Source: Marsupella aquatica (lineage: Eukaryota; Plantae; Marchantiophyta). Taken from it: a DNA stretch of 64,000 nucleotides. A program made the translations under genes and the position numbers. Every line of letters starts with the position of its first letter. Within the stretch, counting starts at the first letter, position 1. Below, in pieces: positions 11,632 through 23,820 of the stretch. The stretch lies in the NCBI GenBank assembly GCA_973895155.1, contig OZ316893.1, positions 4,888,977 to 4,952,976 on the forward strand. The letters are read 5' to 3'. Under the pieces are notes generated by a model, which had not been told where the DNA came from, made no database searches, and saw only the letters and a list, made by a program, of their open reading frames with translations.

Positions 11632-14600
11632 GTAGCTACTCATTTCCTTTAAATGACATTTAACTGCAACGGGATTCATCCACGTTCTGTGGGGATCGAT
11701 AGGGCTTTGGAGGCCCAAATGACTGCTGTTTCTTGCAACATCAGTCATATTGTGAAGGAAAGGCCCGAGTTCCCGGCCGAGTTCACTGCATTAATTGCAG
11801 ACGTTCGATTGGCTCTATGCTTTTCTTTTATCAACCTACAACCGATCAACTGGGCTCTGTCTCTTATTCTATAGCTCTGTCTTGTGCTTCATCAAATGCC
11901 CTTGCAATCGGATGTTGAATGTGAAGACAGGACTGAATGTTGACACTGGAATGAATGTTGAGCCTCATCGGAATCAATGCTTAGATGGGACTAAATGCTG
12001 AGGTTGATGTTAGGTTTGTGGTGGTCGGTGGGTCTACTTACGTATTTGATGTTGTATCTGCTTGGGAAAGTGAAGTTTTGAGTCAAGGGGGTTGCAAGCT
12101 CTACATTGAGAGCGTCGATTACTCCTTGGTCAACGTAGCAAACCTCATAAGAGTGATATGACATGGAATAGACAATTTGCTGCTCAAGGATGTTGCTTCT
12201 TTCACTGGCTTACAATTTGATCTTATGTTATGATCCTGAGGAGTTGGGATATCCCACCATAGACAACTATTGCAGATGTTTTGAACTCTTTGGTGTTGTG
12301 GCCAACAGATTACATAGGGACAGCTGAAATTAGTGATCTGTAGTTTCTGATACTTAAAAACAGATGCATGATTGGTGTCAATGTCACCAAGATATTTCAT
12401 AATTCAGAATTCAATTAAGATTCCCTAATGTTTCCACTGATCATGTTGTGACAACTTCATTGTACATGAAAGCATGCATGTGTGTTCAATAGTCAATATG
12501 AGTTCTAAGATTCTAATAGAATTATCTTGTCTCTCCTATTTTCATGTAAGACTTGTATGCTCGTGCTTTGATTTTTGGGATGTAATGAGTTAAGTTTCAC
12601 AAGTCTCAATTTGTCGCTTATAGTCATGGTTCTAGTCCTATCTGCAAACCGCATTCGACTCAGGTCAAGTCAAAATTTTGACCACTTGGTCAAAGAATAC
12701 TTCAGTATGCGGTTATGAAGTAGACTAATGAGTCATTTTGGGTCATTAAGTTATGACCGTTATACATTACATCATGGTCCCCAATAAGACTGACCAGTCT
12801 AGTCCAATCTTAAGATTTCTAATAGTCATCAACTATCTATAGTCATCATTGGTCACAAATGTGACCATATGTACTCTAAACTTTTAAGACCAACTAGTCG
12901 TAATCAGTCGTCCCTGTTCCGATATTGAACCATAGCACTAGTCATATATGCAAAAGGCTACTCTTCCTCACTGACTGTTTGTGACTAATTCATACCTCGA
13001 CTTGAGTCCAGAAAATGACTACCTTGTAGTCATTTCTAAGACTGTAGCATGTTCTCATCCAAAAATGCCCAAGTACGGATTGGGTCATTATTAGTCACAA
13101 AATGTGTCTTAAAGCCTATTCACAGAGTTGACTACTCAATTTCAGTCACTTTAAATAAGGCGCTATGTCAAAATTAGGATGGGCTTGATACCCCCAAACT
13201 TTAGTCACAAGGAGTCATGGGCAATTGTAAAACCTAGTCATATAACACCCCGGGTTCTACTAGTGCCCACAGAGGAACATTGTAAGTAATCTTAATGGGT
13301 TGTTTGTCTGTTTACAAAGCGATTGTACTTGCATCTCATTTGAGCACTACTATAATCTCCTATCTACAATTCCGATCTTGAGTAGCTTGTCTTGTCACTT
13401 ACATTGTTCAACTAGACTGAGCTCCTCATACCCATATGTGGACTTGTATAAATTATCTTGATCTACCAAAATCATGCATCCACTATGAGAATGCCTAGAA
13501 AGAGAGTGTGAACTAGTGTACATTTGGTCATAGTTAGAATTTTTTTATATGTAAAGATTACCATATATAGAAAGTTATTGTGATGAGCTTTCTTGGGGTT
13601 GTAAGCTTGTTTATCTTGATGAAGCACCAAAATTTCTTTTGGAATCAAGCCATTTGGTTCAGAGTAAAAAACATTAAATGTCATTTTGAAGATTTGGTTT
13701 ATGTTAGAATAGAACCACATTTTTTAGTTGAATATTTATTGTTATTGTTTTTTAAGGGTTCTCTAGTTGAAATTTACCCAAGGAATAGAAAATTATTTAG
13801 AGCAAGACAGTCAAGGAAAATGTTTTAGGAAAGATGTAATTAAATTGTCTAAGAACTATGATGTCATAGTCGCAAGCGAGTCTCAAAAGCTTGCAATCCG
13901 ACATTCAAATAGGTCCGACATTTTGATTTGTAACTCATGATCAAGATGGAGCTTGACTCAATCAAAACTTTGAGGGATGCTAGGATAGTGAGTGCTTAAT
14001 TTATATCCTAGAAGTTGATAAGTTGGAAGATTTGTCTATGTTTTGGTCATCCATAGTGTGAGTCTAAATGAGGTGATGGATCCTAATGAAATTCCTAGAC
14101 CTGGTTTTATTGGCATTCTCAACATTGCCTGCAAACTTCATGACACCACTCGTTCCCTCCTCCTCCAAGTGTATTCTCATGTGGTCTACTATGTAGCCAC
14201 CATCTTTGGGATAGGCTTTGGGACTCCATATTTCTTACTTAGGGCCCTCTAACTACAATAGTCACCAGCCGAGAGAGGCATGGTTGTGTGATAGCTCACT
14301 TGAGTAGTGACTTGACATAGGTCTTGGGTTCAAATGTTATGAGTGACTCTTCCCTTTCTGTGGGGTTTCACCCCCTGGCCAGTTTCCCCTTTACAAGTTT
14401 ATAGAAAAAACTACAATAGTCTCCTTCAGAACACCTTTCCTTTTGCTGTAATCCCTCAATCCCGCAGCCCCTCCAATTACCTTCCTAGTATTGTCACCCT
14501 TGGCTGTCACCTTCCTGGTAACCTCTCCCGCTTGTCAACTATGCATCCTTGACCAGCAGCGCTCCTTTGCAAGGCCAGACCTCCTTTGCAAGGCCTCTAG

Positions 14601-14855
14601 TTACCCGCTTGCATCTCCATTGATTTTGTACTTCTGCAAGCATGACATCTCCATTGGAGTCCCTCTACTTGAGTTCTCTTGCTGTTTGGATCCTCCCCTT
14701 GCTGCCCAAATTTTATTTTCCTACCCGTACCCTCATTAAATCTGAGAAAGCCTACTATTCAATTACATTCTAATTTGCTAATAATTAATGTGATTATTTA
14801 CCAAAAACAATAAAATGTTAACAAGAAATTACAAAATTGGGAATGGTGACCCTCT

Positions 14856-15167
14856 TCACAGGTACATTATTTTCCTCACAATGACATGAGTCCACTTTAC
14901 ATGAGCACGTGACTTTTGTTTTAAATTGAAATAAAGAACAACATGAGAGTCACTTTTGGACTGGAATGCATGAGTGCGACATGGCTCTTCAATTGTGGGG
15001 CCCCAAATAAAACATGGCCATTGGGTGCATTTTCCTACCACCTTAGGGTGGGTTTTCAAATGGCCTTCAAGGCCATTCACCTTTTTGCTGGCCCCACTCT
15101 GAACTGCAAATTCTTTAAAGGCTGATTCGTCTATGAAAGGTCTATTAGGTATGATGTGAAAGTCCAA
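14856..15167 (-). mobile_element. Possible MuDR-type transposase N-terminal fragment
   Basis: PFIDESAFKEFAV...GKCTQWPCFIWG...F..K..H loosely fits the MuDR/FAR1 DNA-binding domain pattern. No catalytic domain seen. Confidence 0.3.
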
Positions 15168-16049
15168 AAAGAAATGACGTGCGGGATTGTAAAGCCCCTA
15201 TTTCACATACTTCGATGTCACTACCTTGACACATTACAAAGTCCTGTAAGAAGGCATCTGCCCGATATTTGGCATTAAAAGGAACTTCCACCAAAAACCA
15301 AAAGAACATAGCCGAGGGGCCAAACACAAAGCTGAGTGGGAACTGCAGCGCCATCTGGCACCAACAAAATAACCCCAAGAATAAATCTAGGGCGAAGGGA
15401 AATCATTCAAGAATAGACATAAAATTGAACCTTGTACCTAGTATCACGGACCCCTAGGAAGTTTTTTCCAAAATTCCTGGTTTTGCAGTCACATTAGCAT
15501 GATTTGTCACAAACAAGAATTGTTAGTTATGCAAGAAGAACCAAATTTAACTATTCTTGTTTGAGACAAGGCGAAGAAAAATAGTTAGACCTTGTAACTA
15601 TAAAAACAATGGAAAACTGAAAAATAACATTTCATGTAAACAAAGAAAAGGGTAATTCTATGACCAAGTGAACGTCAAAATTATCATAAACAATTTTTCT
15701 TTTGTTTCTAACTTGCCCGCTCAACTTGGGGTCTCACATGTGTCAAAATGACCCATGGCATTTAATGCAAGATTGAAAAATAATTTTGGAAGGACATTAG
15801 GGTCTTTTACATCCAATTTTAAGCATTATAAACAAGGATAGGGAATTTATAGCAAAAATTGGAATATTCCAAAAATGTTTGAGAAATAGAGGTGAAAATT
15901 AGTAAAATTAAACCTTCCTCTTGAGTTTACCTAAGTATTAGATACGAAATAATGCCACAGGTGATGGGGCTCCATATAATACTCAGACCCCTGGGTTTCT
16001 AAAGCTTCAGGAGGAAATAGTTTTCATAATCTACAAAAAGGGACCAACA

Positions 16050-16990
16050 AAGTACAATGTAGTAAAAGGTCAAAAGCTAACAAACACCAAACTCCAAAGT
16101 AAGGTGTCTGAGGGCAACTGCAAACTTCAACATCCTCGACACAGGAAAAAAGAATAAATGGGAAAGATATACCACTACAATAAGGCGATGAGCCAAGGTC
16201 CACGTCTAGTGCATAGTGTGACTTGTGAATAGTCCACATCTAGTGTTGTAACTAAGTCTGCATAATTATATGACATGGATGTACTCTAAGGAGGCAAAGC
16301 CCTTTATTGAGGCAAACTAGTACCCATAGCTAGAGGCCTATGATAGATTGCTCAAACTGAAATTGTCACATCACTGAAATGGCTGACAAAAGTGCATCAT
16401 TAAAATGGATAGTGGTGGTCCTACTCAACTCGCCAACTGGTCCATGAATGTCTTGATTGAGCTACCTGTTGAATGAGCCCATCGAAATGATGATTGATTA
16501 GCCCAAGCACCTTGCAAGGGGGAGGAGGTTATCTGATGACACTCATGCTACATATTTTTGCCTCCTGCTAGTGCCCTACTATCCTGATGATGTCCTAACG
16601 CAAAGGGTTGGCAATCACAACATCAGCCAAGGTACTTTTTCCTAGTGAGATCAACGCTTATTCTCTATGGTGAAGGACCAGAAAAATGGAGCACCACCTG
16701 GACCCGCCAAACATGTACCAAAGTCCCGAAAAGAACCTGAGCAACATCCCTCACAATATCTTGAACAACTTGTCGTGGAAGCAGATGGCCCCCTGTGTCA
16801 TCACAAGGTTTCTCACAGATGCATGAAACAGGTAAGCCCACAAAAAGTGGATATGATAACCCCAGACGAGGACATATGGCCATCTAGAGCTCATATGAAA
16901 ACATTCTCAAATGAAAGATGGTAGGATATTTTATTGACCATTAAAAGGCAAACAGCTCAATTGTAAGCTCACTTTTCACTGCCCAACATG
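16050..16990 (-). mobile_element. CRE-like (restriction-like endonuclease) non-LTR retrotransposon, 3' fragment
   Basis: RLGLSYP...CICEKPCDDTGGHLL...DIVRDVA (Zn knuckle region), then TLADVVIANP (RLE core) and a decayed C-terminal helix. Confidence 0.65.
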
Positions 16991-17699
16991 AGTCTGTAGC
17001 AATCTATCTTACCACCAACCATTAACCTTTTAGAAACCCATGTGGAGATCAGATCTGGCCAAACTTGCAACCAATAGCAACCCTTACTCATTGGTTCTCC
17101 TCTTCGTTTGATTTTGTTGAATTTAATCAATAGTTGGACCCCACCCTCCTCTTCGTTCCTATGTCATCCAATCAGATTCTGTCGGGGATTCTGTTATAAG
17201 GGGCGACAGCATTTGAGCAAGGTGTGCAACTGGGAGGTAAAAACCTGTTTTGAATTTGTATTTTTTAATATATAATTTGTACAACAAACTAGTACTTCTG
17301 TACAGCACCTACAGAGCATAACACACAAAATCAAGGTAGTTTTGAAAAATGCCACGGTGGCAAATGTCTCGCCCCGTCACATTGAAGCCCATTGTCTGAT
17401 CTAGTAAATATTTGAGCTCAATAGATTATTGGCAAGTGTTGATGTCCTTAAATAATTGTCGTCTACCTTTGTATGACTGGCCAGACTGGTTTTCTGCAAG
17501 ATTCTGGATTAAATTTTCTCATAGTGCCTCTTTTAAGGGGGAGGTTTGTACTCCTCCCTTTTGATTCATTTGGCTCCTTGCTACTTTTACCTATAAATTA
17601 AATAAATAAACTCTCCCATAGAAAAAGAAGGTTGGTAGCATAGAAGAATCCATGCACTGACATTAGACTCTTAAATAGGACACTGACTGATCTCACTAA

Positions 17700-18620
17700 C
17701 ATGATTGACAGATCTGAGACAAGAAATTAAACCCCTAATGTAGCTTAGATGATGTGTGATTTTAGCTTTAGGCAATGCCAGCAATGCCCTCACCTCTTTG
17801 AAAAACTGTTTCAACGTAGTTATGTGCTGGTTGAACGTAAGCGTATGGACAAACCTTAGAACAAAAGAGAGCATACTGTCACTTCTGTTACTCATTGATT
17901 GGCTTGTTGACCATCAACCTGATTTTGGTCATCCCAGACTCAATGGGGCCAGGCTCCTCCACATTTGAGAAACTAGAATTGAGGGTTTGTTGATAGGATT
18001 AGTCATTGGATTCACTATCTGTCTGTTCATAGCTGGTTAATCTAAGTCCACTCCCTGATCAAGATCAGTAAGATTTTGCCTAGGTGGCTGTTGCTGTTCA
18101 GCCACTGCCGCATGTGCTCTGACTGGCCCTCTGGGCTTGTTTTTTCTGGTTTTCCCCACTGGTTTTTGCCGCAGTGGTCTTTGAATTTCACTTGCAGTTG
18201 GTTGCCTTCCTTAAAGTAAGAAAAAGAAGAATCCATGCACCTCTAAATTAAAATTTTAAATTTAAAAAAAAAACATGCACACCCCCTTCTCAACTCATCA
18301 ACCTTTGTGTGAAGTGGGAGTTTTACAATTCCATACAAAAGCCAATGAAACCTTTTCTCAGGACTTTCCCAAACCCCAAACTTATTGGTTCCGTCCAAGC
18401 TCATGAGGCTTTTAATGTTGTTTCTTGCAAGTCACAAATAGCTTGCAAGATCCTGGCTAGACGTGCCTATTTATCAACACTTGCTGAACCAACCTCCTTG
18501 CTTGTAGTCTCTTAGATGTCATGATGGAACCTCCCACCTCAAATGGATTGATCCAATTTTATAACCAACATTTCAACTTCCCTGCAGTGTCTTACAAGAG
18601 TGGTCTGAGAATGAGTCCAC
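17700..18620 (-). mobile_element. Very degenerate copia gag-protease remnant
   Basis: W.IESGMT resembles the protease motif W.lDSGAT; VLRFVHTLTFN resembles VL.VP.L..N; a CGK-containing knuckle-like remnant lies near 18170. Confidence 0.35.
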
Positions 18621-19429
18621 ACAACCTGTTCCAATGAACCCATTTTGCCCACAGGAGAGGTATTTGCTTGATAGATCCCCAAAATGAAACTTGTTACTTG
18701 ATCGACCCCCTGAGGTCTATCAACGGTCTAAATCTAAGATCGAAAGGTCCATCAACAGTCCAGATTGGGGAAAAGTATAGAGGGGATTGATTAAACAAAC
18801 TTTTTCCAGAAGTTTTTCTACTAAACATATCTCTCCCCACAGGAACAATACTTCAGAGGCTGTACATGATGCTCCAACCAGGCAGTATCCTGCTCTACAG
18901 TATCATTTGAACGTCTTCTGAGAAAGGTCCTTGCGAATTCCAGAAAAGGGTGTCCAATGAGAATCCACTGGTAAAGTCTCGCGAAGAAATCAACCAGCTG
19001 CTAAGATTCAATCGTACAAGTCTAATGGCTGATATTTGACACCAGGTACACAGAGAACGTGTGTTTGTCTGTGTGGCGGTGTCTGCCGCACTCTGTTGTA
19101 GTATGATTGTGACGATGAGAGATAAGAATCAGCCACCCTTTTACTGGCATGGCAGACTAGGTGAAAGCCTGGGTCAGTACTCAGCAGCTAACGTTTCCAA
19201 AGCTGAATGAGGGATCCTGAGAACGACGGCATTGCCCGGCTGGCATGTCATGAAGAGGAAGCCCCTCACAGGTTGTCTGAGATTCGCTCTGACATAGAAG
19301 TTCGAATCCAAGCGATGATGGAAAAATCGTGTAGCCCATTTTGTACGCGATGATTTTCGATGTCGTTTTTGGTATGAAGCGGATCGTGTCCAAGTCAGAC
19401 CATTTCTTTCCGACTAACTTTAGGCCTTA

Positions 19430-19830
19430 CTGTATCCATAGGACAAAGAACAAAAAGTGACAAGCCTGGAGACAGGGTCCCAAGGCAGGTAACCAATAAA
19501 CGAGAGAATACAAGGGAAAGACACTGGAAGACTAAAGACCCAAACCCAAATAAGCATTTAAATTCCTAACACTTGTGGAAAACAAGAGGAAAACCCTAAG
19601 AGAGGCTTGACAGCAAAATAAGCCTGAGAGTTGGTACCAATTGTGAAGAAGAAAAAAGAGAACAAGGCCAAAAACCAGTGAACACTAATGAGCCACATAA
19701 GCCTGAGAGTTGCCAACAATTGAGTGAACAACTACAGGCCACAATGTTCAAGGGATCACAAGCCAACTGGTCCAGCAGTATACAAAATGCGCACTGAGAA
19801 AAAGGCTTCAAGGCACTGGACTAGTGGAAG
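19430..19830 (-). mobile_element. 3' tail of the CRE-like non-LTR family
   Basis: Reverse complement contains GCCTTGGGACCCTGTCTCCAGGCTTG, matching GCCCTTGGGACCCTGGCTCCTGGTTTG at ~33175-33200. Confidence 0.5.
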
Positions 19831-20448
19831 GAACTGAAGTATCATGCCCTCTTCTTTCTCAGGTTTGCGTTGCATTACATTAGGTAACTAACCCTTGGCT
19901 GCCTCTCCTGTATTGGGTCTTTTATATGCTGGTTAGGAGCCTCGTTTTTCTTTCTGAGACTCCTGGTTGGGAGCCTTTTGTTCTTCTGGCACATTGTAAT
20001 ATATATATACACGTCACCTAAGTAAATGGTACTGATGCGCTTGTACTAGAGGGGGTAGTACTGACATCAGTGTCGCGCTAGAAAGGAAGACAGGGGAGCA
20101 TGTGCTTCGTGACAATGTCGGTCATGAAAGGGAATGCCACGCCCTGTGAAGGACTGTGGAAAATCTAAAATAGTGGTCACTTCTTGTAGACTTTCTGCTG
20201 AAGGACGATGCAAGTTTGTTTTCAGTCTGTAGATGTGCTTCTTGGGAATTCCCCTCTCTTTATCAGGTCTGCCATAGCGTACCTAACACATTGTGAACTT
20301 AAGTTGATCTACTGAGTCCTGACATCACAGAGTGTTGCGCCCCCAGGCACTCGCATTTCCAGGAATTGTACCCAATTATCACGTAGAAAACCTGTAATTT
20401 CTGCGGCTTCAGACATCGAGAAGAGCTCCAAGCCTAGGTGTTCACTGC

Positions 20449-20790
20449 ATAGGTTTCACGCTGTTCGATCAAGTCTGGTTCGCTAACTCGATGATCCCAC
20501 TGGTTCGAACTGCCCTGTGCGAGGGAGCCCTTACATCATTGCACTGAACTCGTGTGGAGAATCCACGAGTAGGTTTCACGCCGTCCGATCCAGTCTGGTT
20601 TGCCAAACTCGACGACTCCTCTGGTTCGAACTGCCCTGCGGGAGGGAGCCAATCATTATGGCAGACCTTTGTTGAGAATATAAAGGTTCACAGCGTAGAT
20701 TTCACGCCGTTCGATCCAAGTTGGTTTGCATCCCTGATTCAGCTGGTTCGAACTGCCCTGCGCGAGGGCGCTTTCATCATGGCACTGAGG
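20449..20790. repeat. Three ~120-bp degenerate tandem repeats
   Basis: Units start TAG(G/A)TTTCACGC at ~20450, ~20570 and ~20696. Each contains CTGGTTCGAACTGCCCTG. Confidence 0.9.
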
Positions 20791-21953
20791 ACTCGTGTAA
20801 TCGTGTTGATATACATGGCAACGGGAATAGGAATGAACGTAAATGTTCGTGTCCGAGGAACGTGTGGGAGGCGAGCCCTACTGAGCATGCAATCATCGAA
20901 TACAATCTAATGGTGAAGTAGCCGTCCATTAGAGCAACGTGGTCAAGAGATAAGAAAGCGAATTTCGATGACAATAGAGACAGAAATTCGCAGGGCTTGT
21001 TGTTATGGCTTATTCGTGTAGATCTAGTGATCGATTCGCCCGTCCAGTAAGAGACCACAATATCAACTCCCACAAACCAACTGGTGAGTGCTGAGTTGTT
21101 GATAATCTGCACCCAGCTCACACCTGCAGTCGTTCAAGAAACTTCTACAGTACAGAATCATGTGGGTGTCTTGTTTCATCAAAAAGTCGTTCATCTCCGG
21201 ATGAACCGGGCGGGACTGAGTGGAATGATGAACATGCCAACTGGCTGGGCGATTGAGAGAAAGTAGAAATATCTCAGTAATTTCGGTCACATTCGAAAGG
21301 GCGGTCAGTCTCAGAAATTCGCTCCACCTGCTAGGAATTTGAGTTCTCATGTCTGGTATTAACAAGTATCACTGATGCGAGGGGAACAGTACCTAATCTT
21401 CTGTCAGCCTCCCATAATAAGTCTTGTTGTCATCTCACGATAACCAGAGACTTTACCTACAGATTTTGCTGAGACAGCGGAGTACTCCACCAGCTTTGCT
21501 CACAGACTTAACTTGCCTGAAGAGTTTGCTGTTCCTTGGAAAGGGGGAGACGGCAGAGTACTTCACGAGCAACTCTTTGAGCCACGTCGATCAGTGTATT
21601 ATTGTTGGAGAGGACTTTCCAGTCCGCTCGAAAGAATCCGTTATTGTCGTTTTACTACTTTAGTTTGTTGGAAACTCGATTGAAAGCATCACTCCCGCGA
21701 GCTATCTAAGACTGCAATTGACGTGCAGGATCGAAACCGCTAGAGAAGAATATCATCAGTAGAACGGTTCTCTTGAATTAAGTTGTAGCACAGCAGCCTT
21801 CACGTTAGCAGCATCAGCCGACGATGAGTAGCGAGGCAGGATGAACTGGAGGAGCGATGAAGTCGAATTAATCTTAACTGATTTGCTCCTCAATCTTCCT
21901 TGGACATATCTCCGTAGTCGATAATCATCACTTTCAGATAGTCGACCACAGGC

Positions 21954-23820
21954 TTATTGGCCAAACGTTAAGCAGGCGGAACATGAACGCATGGTTGCGT
22001 CGGTCCTCTTCGAAATGTTCGAAACGTCAGCCAGCACATCCTCCTGCGTTCGACTTCGACAATTCTTTGTGTTCTTCGATCGAGCTGACCAGCTCCTCTT
22101 AAGAATCCTGTTAGAGGCTCTAAGATCTTCAGTGTGTAACGGATCGGCCATCCTGATGTATTGTCTGGGCTCGCAAAGATCCTGTAGATTACCAAACAAA
22201 TCTCATCAGAACTCGCCAAAGCTACTCCTCTATCCACAAGATCCAAGCGTCCCATGGCTTCCAGAGTTCACAATCTGAAATGGGAGAAGCGGAATTGGAA
22301 GACCCGTGATCACGTGAGAGATAACAGGATTGTAACCAAAGAATTGCCCTTACCGAATGAAGATCAAAGAAAGCTTTGTAGCCTCCGTGCAGTATGTACA
22401 TGTGGGGAAAGGCTAGTGCAGGATAGACTTCAATGTGTCGCTGTCTGTCCAAATTCCTCATATGCCGAAATCTGCGCATTGCAGTTGTACTGAGTTACAT
22501 TTCACCACGAACAAAAACAAGAAGAGTTGCGTGATCTCAAAGACGCAATGTAGTAACCAAATTTCAGGAAGTAAGAAGTTACTCGCAACGACAACTGAAC
22601 TGAGAACTGTGGTAGCCAGTTCATTGCCTAATGCGAGATTAAACTCACAGTTTCGGGGCTCTTGCGGATGAAAACTCGCAGTGGAGAATTATGACCATGT
22701 CTTTTCCCTTCTCCAAGTTTCTGGCGTAGAACTCCTCTATGCAATTGGGTCCATTAAGATTTACAGCACCCTGGGGCAACATCAACAGGGACAGAACACT
22801 GTCATCAGTCTAATTCATGCATGCAATAAGCGTGCTTAGCGAGAAATGAGAAACCGGTCCAGCAAAGTTCTCTTCGTTACACAAGCAAACTTGAAGCAGA
22901 AAGCATCTGGGATAATCAGTAGAGACCACTAGGCTAGTGGACGTGCATTTGGGGGCAGAATACTAGCCAAGGAGGGCGACAGGAACTCTCAATGCATACG
23001 AACCAACCTGGAACAGGACACCTGAAGGATATTCGTTCCCTTTCAAATATGTAGCTTAAGACACAATCGCAGGTGTCTGACGGATGGAAATTACACTACA
23101 GAGACTTAAATCAGATAAGAGCCTCATGATAAACGATTTGGATCTTATTCCGTGCTTCTAGGCGAAGTGCAAGAAGGACTCGGTTGTGCTTCCGGTATAA
23201 TAGAATTCACGATATTGCAGAACAGAGGCCGAGAATGGAACTGACATTTATGTGTCCACCGCAATATTCGAACTTATGCCGAGTGTCGATGATGACAATA
23301 CTCTCCTTGGGAATGTCACGCTCCCCTGTCAAGATGGACTTCAGCTGCAATGCGGGAAGAACTGTCAGAAGGAAGCGACAATTGAAGGAATCTGTATGAG
23401 ACAAGAGTGTAATTCCTTGCTACGTTTGTCAAGCTTCGCAATTACGGGTGAAGAGAAACTCACAAGATCGGGGGAGACACTAGGAAGTTCGCAATGCTCC
23501 ACTAGTGGGAACAGGCCCTTCGCGACGTCTTCGAGCAACTTGAATGGCGATGGCTGCTCTTCCACGCACAAGGCAGGGGACCTCTGCAATGCTTTGGGAG
23601 TCTTGTTGACGGCTGGACTGGAGATCGTTGCCTGGTAATGGAACGAAGATAGTTCCGAAATGGACGATGGTGATGGATGGTCTTCCACGCGTGGAGCAGA
23701 GGACCTCTGCACTGCTTTGGGAGTCTTGTTCACACCTGGACTACATATCATCGGCTGATAGTGGAATGAAGAAAATTCTGGAATGGAAGAACCAGAGGTC
23801 TTTGGCCTTGCGACCTGCAT
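21954..23820 (-). CDS. CDC25: Canonical Cdc25 / M-phase inducer dual-specificity phosphatase (~307 aa, 5 coding exons; start codon uncertain)
   Basis: Exons 23820-23464, 23344-23246, 22770-22649, 22471-22354 and 22181-21954 join in frame through GT-AG introns. Product: SVSPDLLKSILTG...IIDTRHKFEYCGGHINGAVNL...VIILHCEFSSARAPKLFRHMRNLDR...YPALAFPHMYILHGGYKAFF...LCEPRQYIRM. SP/TP-rich N-terminus. Confidence 0.9.

Larger units (their letters stand above)
2125..13265. mobile_element. CACTA (En/Spm) DNA transposon, non-autonomous or decayed, carrying nested insertions
   Basis: Begins CACTAGT at 2125 and ends ACTAGTG at 13265. 3-bp TSD CCC (2122-2124 and 13266-13268). Dense TAGTCA/TGAC(C/T) subterminal repeats at 2125-2320 and ~12600-13260. 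Confidence 0.75.

Noticed and set aside
10434-12400. Overlapping ORFs inside the CACTA as real genes
   Set aside because: No recognisable domain; the ORFs overlap on both strands and are cut by a solo LTR. At best decayed CACTA coding sequence.
14270-14345. tRNA gene (GGGTTCAAAT B-box)
   Set aside because: No cloverleaf stems; at most a decayed SINE head.
1776-15995. One giant Mutator element bounded by inverted repeats at ~1776-1970 and ~15780-15995
   Set aside because: The same repeat occurs as short standalone copies (1605, 33933) and I found no 9-11-bp TSD, so the pairing may be coincidental.
21954-23820. Calling the phosphatase the ordinary plant ACR2 / Arath;CDC25 arsenate reductase
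   Set aside because: The active loop is HCEFSSAR, and it has the LDR...YP.L..P insert, the CEP..Y..M tail and an N-terminal extension, all typical of canonical Cdc25.
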